DNA of 64,000 nucleotides from positions 754,596 through 818,595 of the forward strand of contig CAVUOA010000009.1 of the NCBI GenBank assembly GCA_963742955.1, written 5' to 3'. The DNA is from Ignavibacteriota bacterium. Its GTDB lineage: Bacteria > Bacteroidota > Ignavibacteria > Tepidaquicellales > OLB5. Below are positions 62,152 through 64,000 of this stretch, piece after piece (position 1 is the stretch's first letter; each line of letters starts with the position of its first letter). Made by a program: the position numbers and the translations under genes. Below the pieces are notes generated by a model. That model was not told where the DNA came from. It did no database searches and worked only from the letters and a program-made list of their open reading frames with translations.

Positions 62152-62778
62152 TTACTTTACCAGCACCATTTTTTTTACGGCGCTGAAATTATCGGTTGAG
62201 AGTAAATAAAAATATACTCCGCTCGGAAATGCTGATGCGTCCCAATCGTAATTGTAACTGCCTGCATTGAGCTGTCTATCGATTAGCTCTGATGCAACTC
62301 TGCCCTGCACATCGTATATGATAAGCTTAACGTGCGTGTTCTCAGGCAAATCAAACCTGATGTTTGTTGTCGGGTTAAACGGGTTCGGGAAGTTCTGGCT
62401 TAATCCATACACTGCCGGAACTGCCGTTCCAACCGGCTTTATACCGTTGGGGCTTGCATTGATAGTACCGGTCATCCCAAATGACTGGTGCGGAATGCAA
62501 AAATAGTTATAAGTACCCGAATGCGTAATTACTAAAGAAAACGAAGTGTTTGCAGCATCAAGCGGGTTACTCCATGTAAGCGCCCCTCCGGGAATTATAC
62601 CCGATGTAGTTGTATGCGAACCGTCAACCCATACCCATTTTACCGTATCACCGACAACAACCGAAACCGATTGCGGTGAAAACGACATACCCGATGCAGT
62701 AACTGTCCATGTTGTTCCGTAAATTTGAGAAATTGAGAATAACAGGAAGAGGAATAAGAAGAATTTTGAATTTTTCAT
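62152..62778 (-). CDS. Plastocyanin-like cupredoxin with T9SS C-terminal sorting domain
   Basis: Signal peptide. Type-1 Cu ligand pattern GSH...YFCIPHQSFGM (H, C-x2-H-x4-M). C-terminal SQNFPNPFNPTTNIRFDL...GVYFYLL...KKMVLVK. Confidence 0.8.
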   Translation of the reverse strand: MKNSKFFLFLFLLFSISQIYGTTWTVTASGMSFSPQSVSVVVGDTVKWVWVDGSHTTTSGIIPGGALTWSNPLDAANTSFSLVITHSGTYNYFCIPHQSFGMTGTINASPNGIKPVGTAVPAVYGLSQNFPNPFNPTTNIRFDLPENTHVKLIIYDVQGRVASELIDRQLNAGSYNYDWDASAFPSGVYFYLLSTDNFSAVKKMVLVK

Positions 62779-62968
62779 TAAGGTCTCCTTTTATTGTGTT
62801 TTTTAAAAATTACGAGACCTTCACCCTTGAGAAATATACAACCTAATTAGTTTGTATGAGGTTCCTTAAGATAACATTTTTTCTAAAAGACTATTTTATC
62901 TTATTATATGATTGTAAAAGTATGGGATAACAGTTAAATTTGTGAAATTTATAAACTATAAAAATATC

Positions 62969-63859
62969 ATGGCTAACAAAATAACAGGAACAGGCACAGC
63001 ATTAATAACTCCTTTCAAGAAAAACGGCGCGGTGGATGAACATGCGCTAAGGGAACTTGTCGATTGGCAGATTAAAAACAAAGTTGAATTCCTCGTCCCC
63101 TGCGGTTCAACCGGTGAATCCGCTACTATGACACGCGGTGAACGGCGCGCTGTTATTGAAATGGTTTTGGACCAGGCTAACGGGAGAGTGCCGATTGTTG
63201 CAGGAACCGGCACTAACTCAACTACAGATTCAATACACATGACAAAAGATGCCAAACAGATTGGCGTTGATACCGTTTTGCTCGTGGGTCCGTATTACAA
63301 CAAGCCGACACAGGAAGGTTACTACCAGCACTTCAGAAAGATTGCGGAAGAGTGCGATGTGAAAGTTGTTCTGTATAACGTGCCGGGCAGAACTGGAAGC
63401 AATATACTGCCCGAAACAACACTGCGTCTTGCCGAAGAAGTGAAGAACGTAATCGCAGTAAAAGAAGCTTCAAATAACATAGAGCAGATTATGCAGATTA
63501 TTAAGCACAGACCAAAAGGGTTTGCGCTGCTCTCGGGTGAGGATTCATTTACATTGCCAATCATTGCTTCCGGCGGTGACGGTGTAATAAGCGTTGTCTC
63601 GAACGAAGTGCCGAAAGAGTTTAGTGACATGGTAAGATTTGCTTTAGCCGGCAATATGAAGAAAGCGCAGGAGATGCATTACAAGTTGTTCGGATTAATG
63701 AGAGCAAATTTTATTGAATCAAATCCAATCCCTGTTAAAGCGGCGCTTACCATGATGGGAAAAATCGAGGAGTATTACCGCCTGCCGTTAGTGAAAATGT
63801 CGAAAACAAACAGGGATAAGCTGAGGAAGATTTTGAAGGAATTGAAGCTGGTAAAATAG
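62969..63859 (+). CDS. dapA: 4-hydroxy-tetrahydrodipicolinate synthase
   Basis: GTALITPF, CGSTGESATMT, YNVPGRTG and IAVKEAS (Schiff-base Lys). The ATG at 62969 is preferred over the track's GTG at 62942. Confidence 0.95.
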   Translation: MANKITGTGTALITPFKKNGAVDEHALRELVDWQIKNKVEFLVPCGSTGESATMTRGERRAVIEMVLDQANGRVPIVAGTGTNSTTDSIHMTKDAKQIGVDTVLLVGPYYNKPTQEGYYQHFRKIAEECDVKVVLYNVPGRTGSNILPETTLRLAEEVKNVIAVKEASNNIEQIMQIIKHRPKGFALLSGEDSFTLPIIASGGDGVISVVSNEVPKEFSDMVRFALAGNMKKAQEMHYKLFGLMRANFIESNPIPVKAALTMMGKIEEYYRLPLVKMSKTNRDKLRKILKELKLVK

Positions 63860-64000
63860 TACGATTATAATCCCTTGCCTGCAGCAATTCTATTTGGCGA
63901 AAACAGGCAAGTACAAAAGGTGGAAATCTAGTCAGCTGGCTTGTACCCAGCACTTACCACAAAGCCATAAATGATAAATAAATATTTTTTTGATTGAATC

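Overview
AT-rich chromosomal segment from a Gram-negative bacterium, probably of the FCB superphylum (Ignavibacteriota/Bacteroidota-like). The taxon is an inference from four cargo proteins ending in the T9SS C-terminal sorting signature (NYPNPFNP...), DUF2723/GT-C glycosyltransferases, an Hc1-like histone and a GTP-type PEPCK. About 60 protein genes are present, mostly housekeeping: hslVU, rpoN, dprA, fmt-def, rpmB, lolCD-like, feoAB, sdhCD, lepA, two lepB, hemW, clpC, a DEAD-box helicase, pckG and dapA. There is also an envelope-glycan cluster (GT2, hldD, two GT-C/TPR enzymes, a methyltransferase, GT9) and many small secreted or outer-membrane proteins. I recognised no rRNA, tRNA, CRISPR array, transposase or integrase. 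Four things stand out. (1) A 5.8-kb islet (53.03-58.86 kb) is bracketed by 69-bp inverted repeats (68/69 identical). It holds a decayed, apparently chimeric type IIG (Eco57I/PglX-like) restriction-modification gene. It also holds a candidate modification-dependent nuclease (EVE/PUA-like reader plus PD-(D/E)xK-like core, split over three frames) and a membrane-anchored YiiX-like protein. (2) A B12-binding radical SAM gene is bracketed by 130/158-bp direct repeats that carry a 9-bp VNTR. (3) Several families of GC-rich hairpin repeats are present, including a 136-nt conserved core in two copies flanking a T9SS cargo gene and a 1.2-kb gene-free repeat tract. (4) By hand count, about 29 reading-frame lesions, three of them in-frame stops, are confined to 11 accessory or envelope genes, while about 42 kb of other ORFs are intact. 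All family assignments come from motif recognition by eye; no database search was possible.
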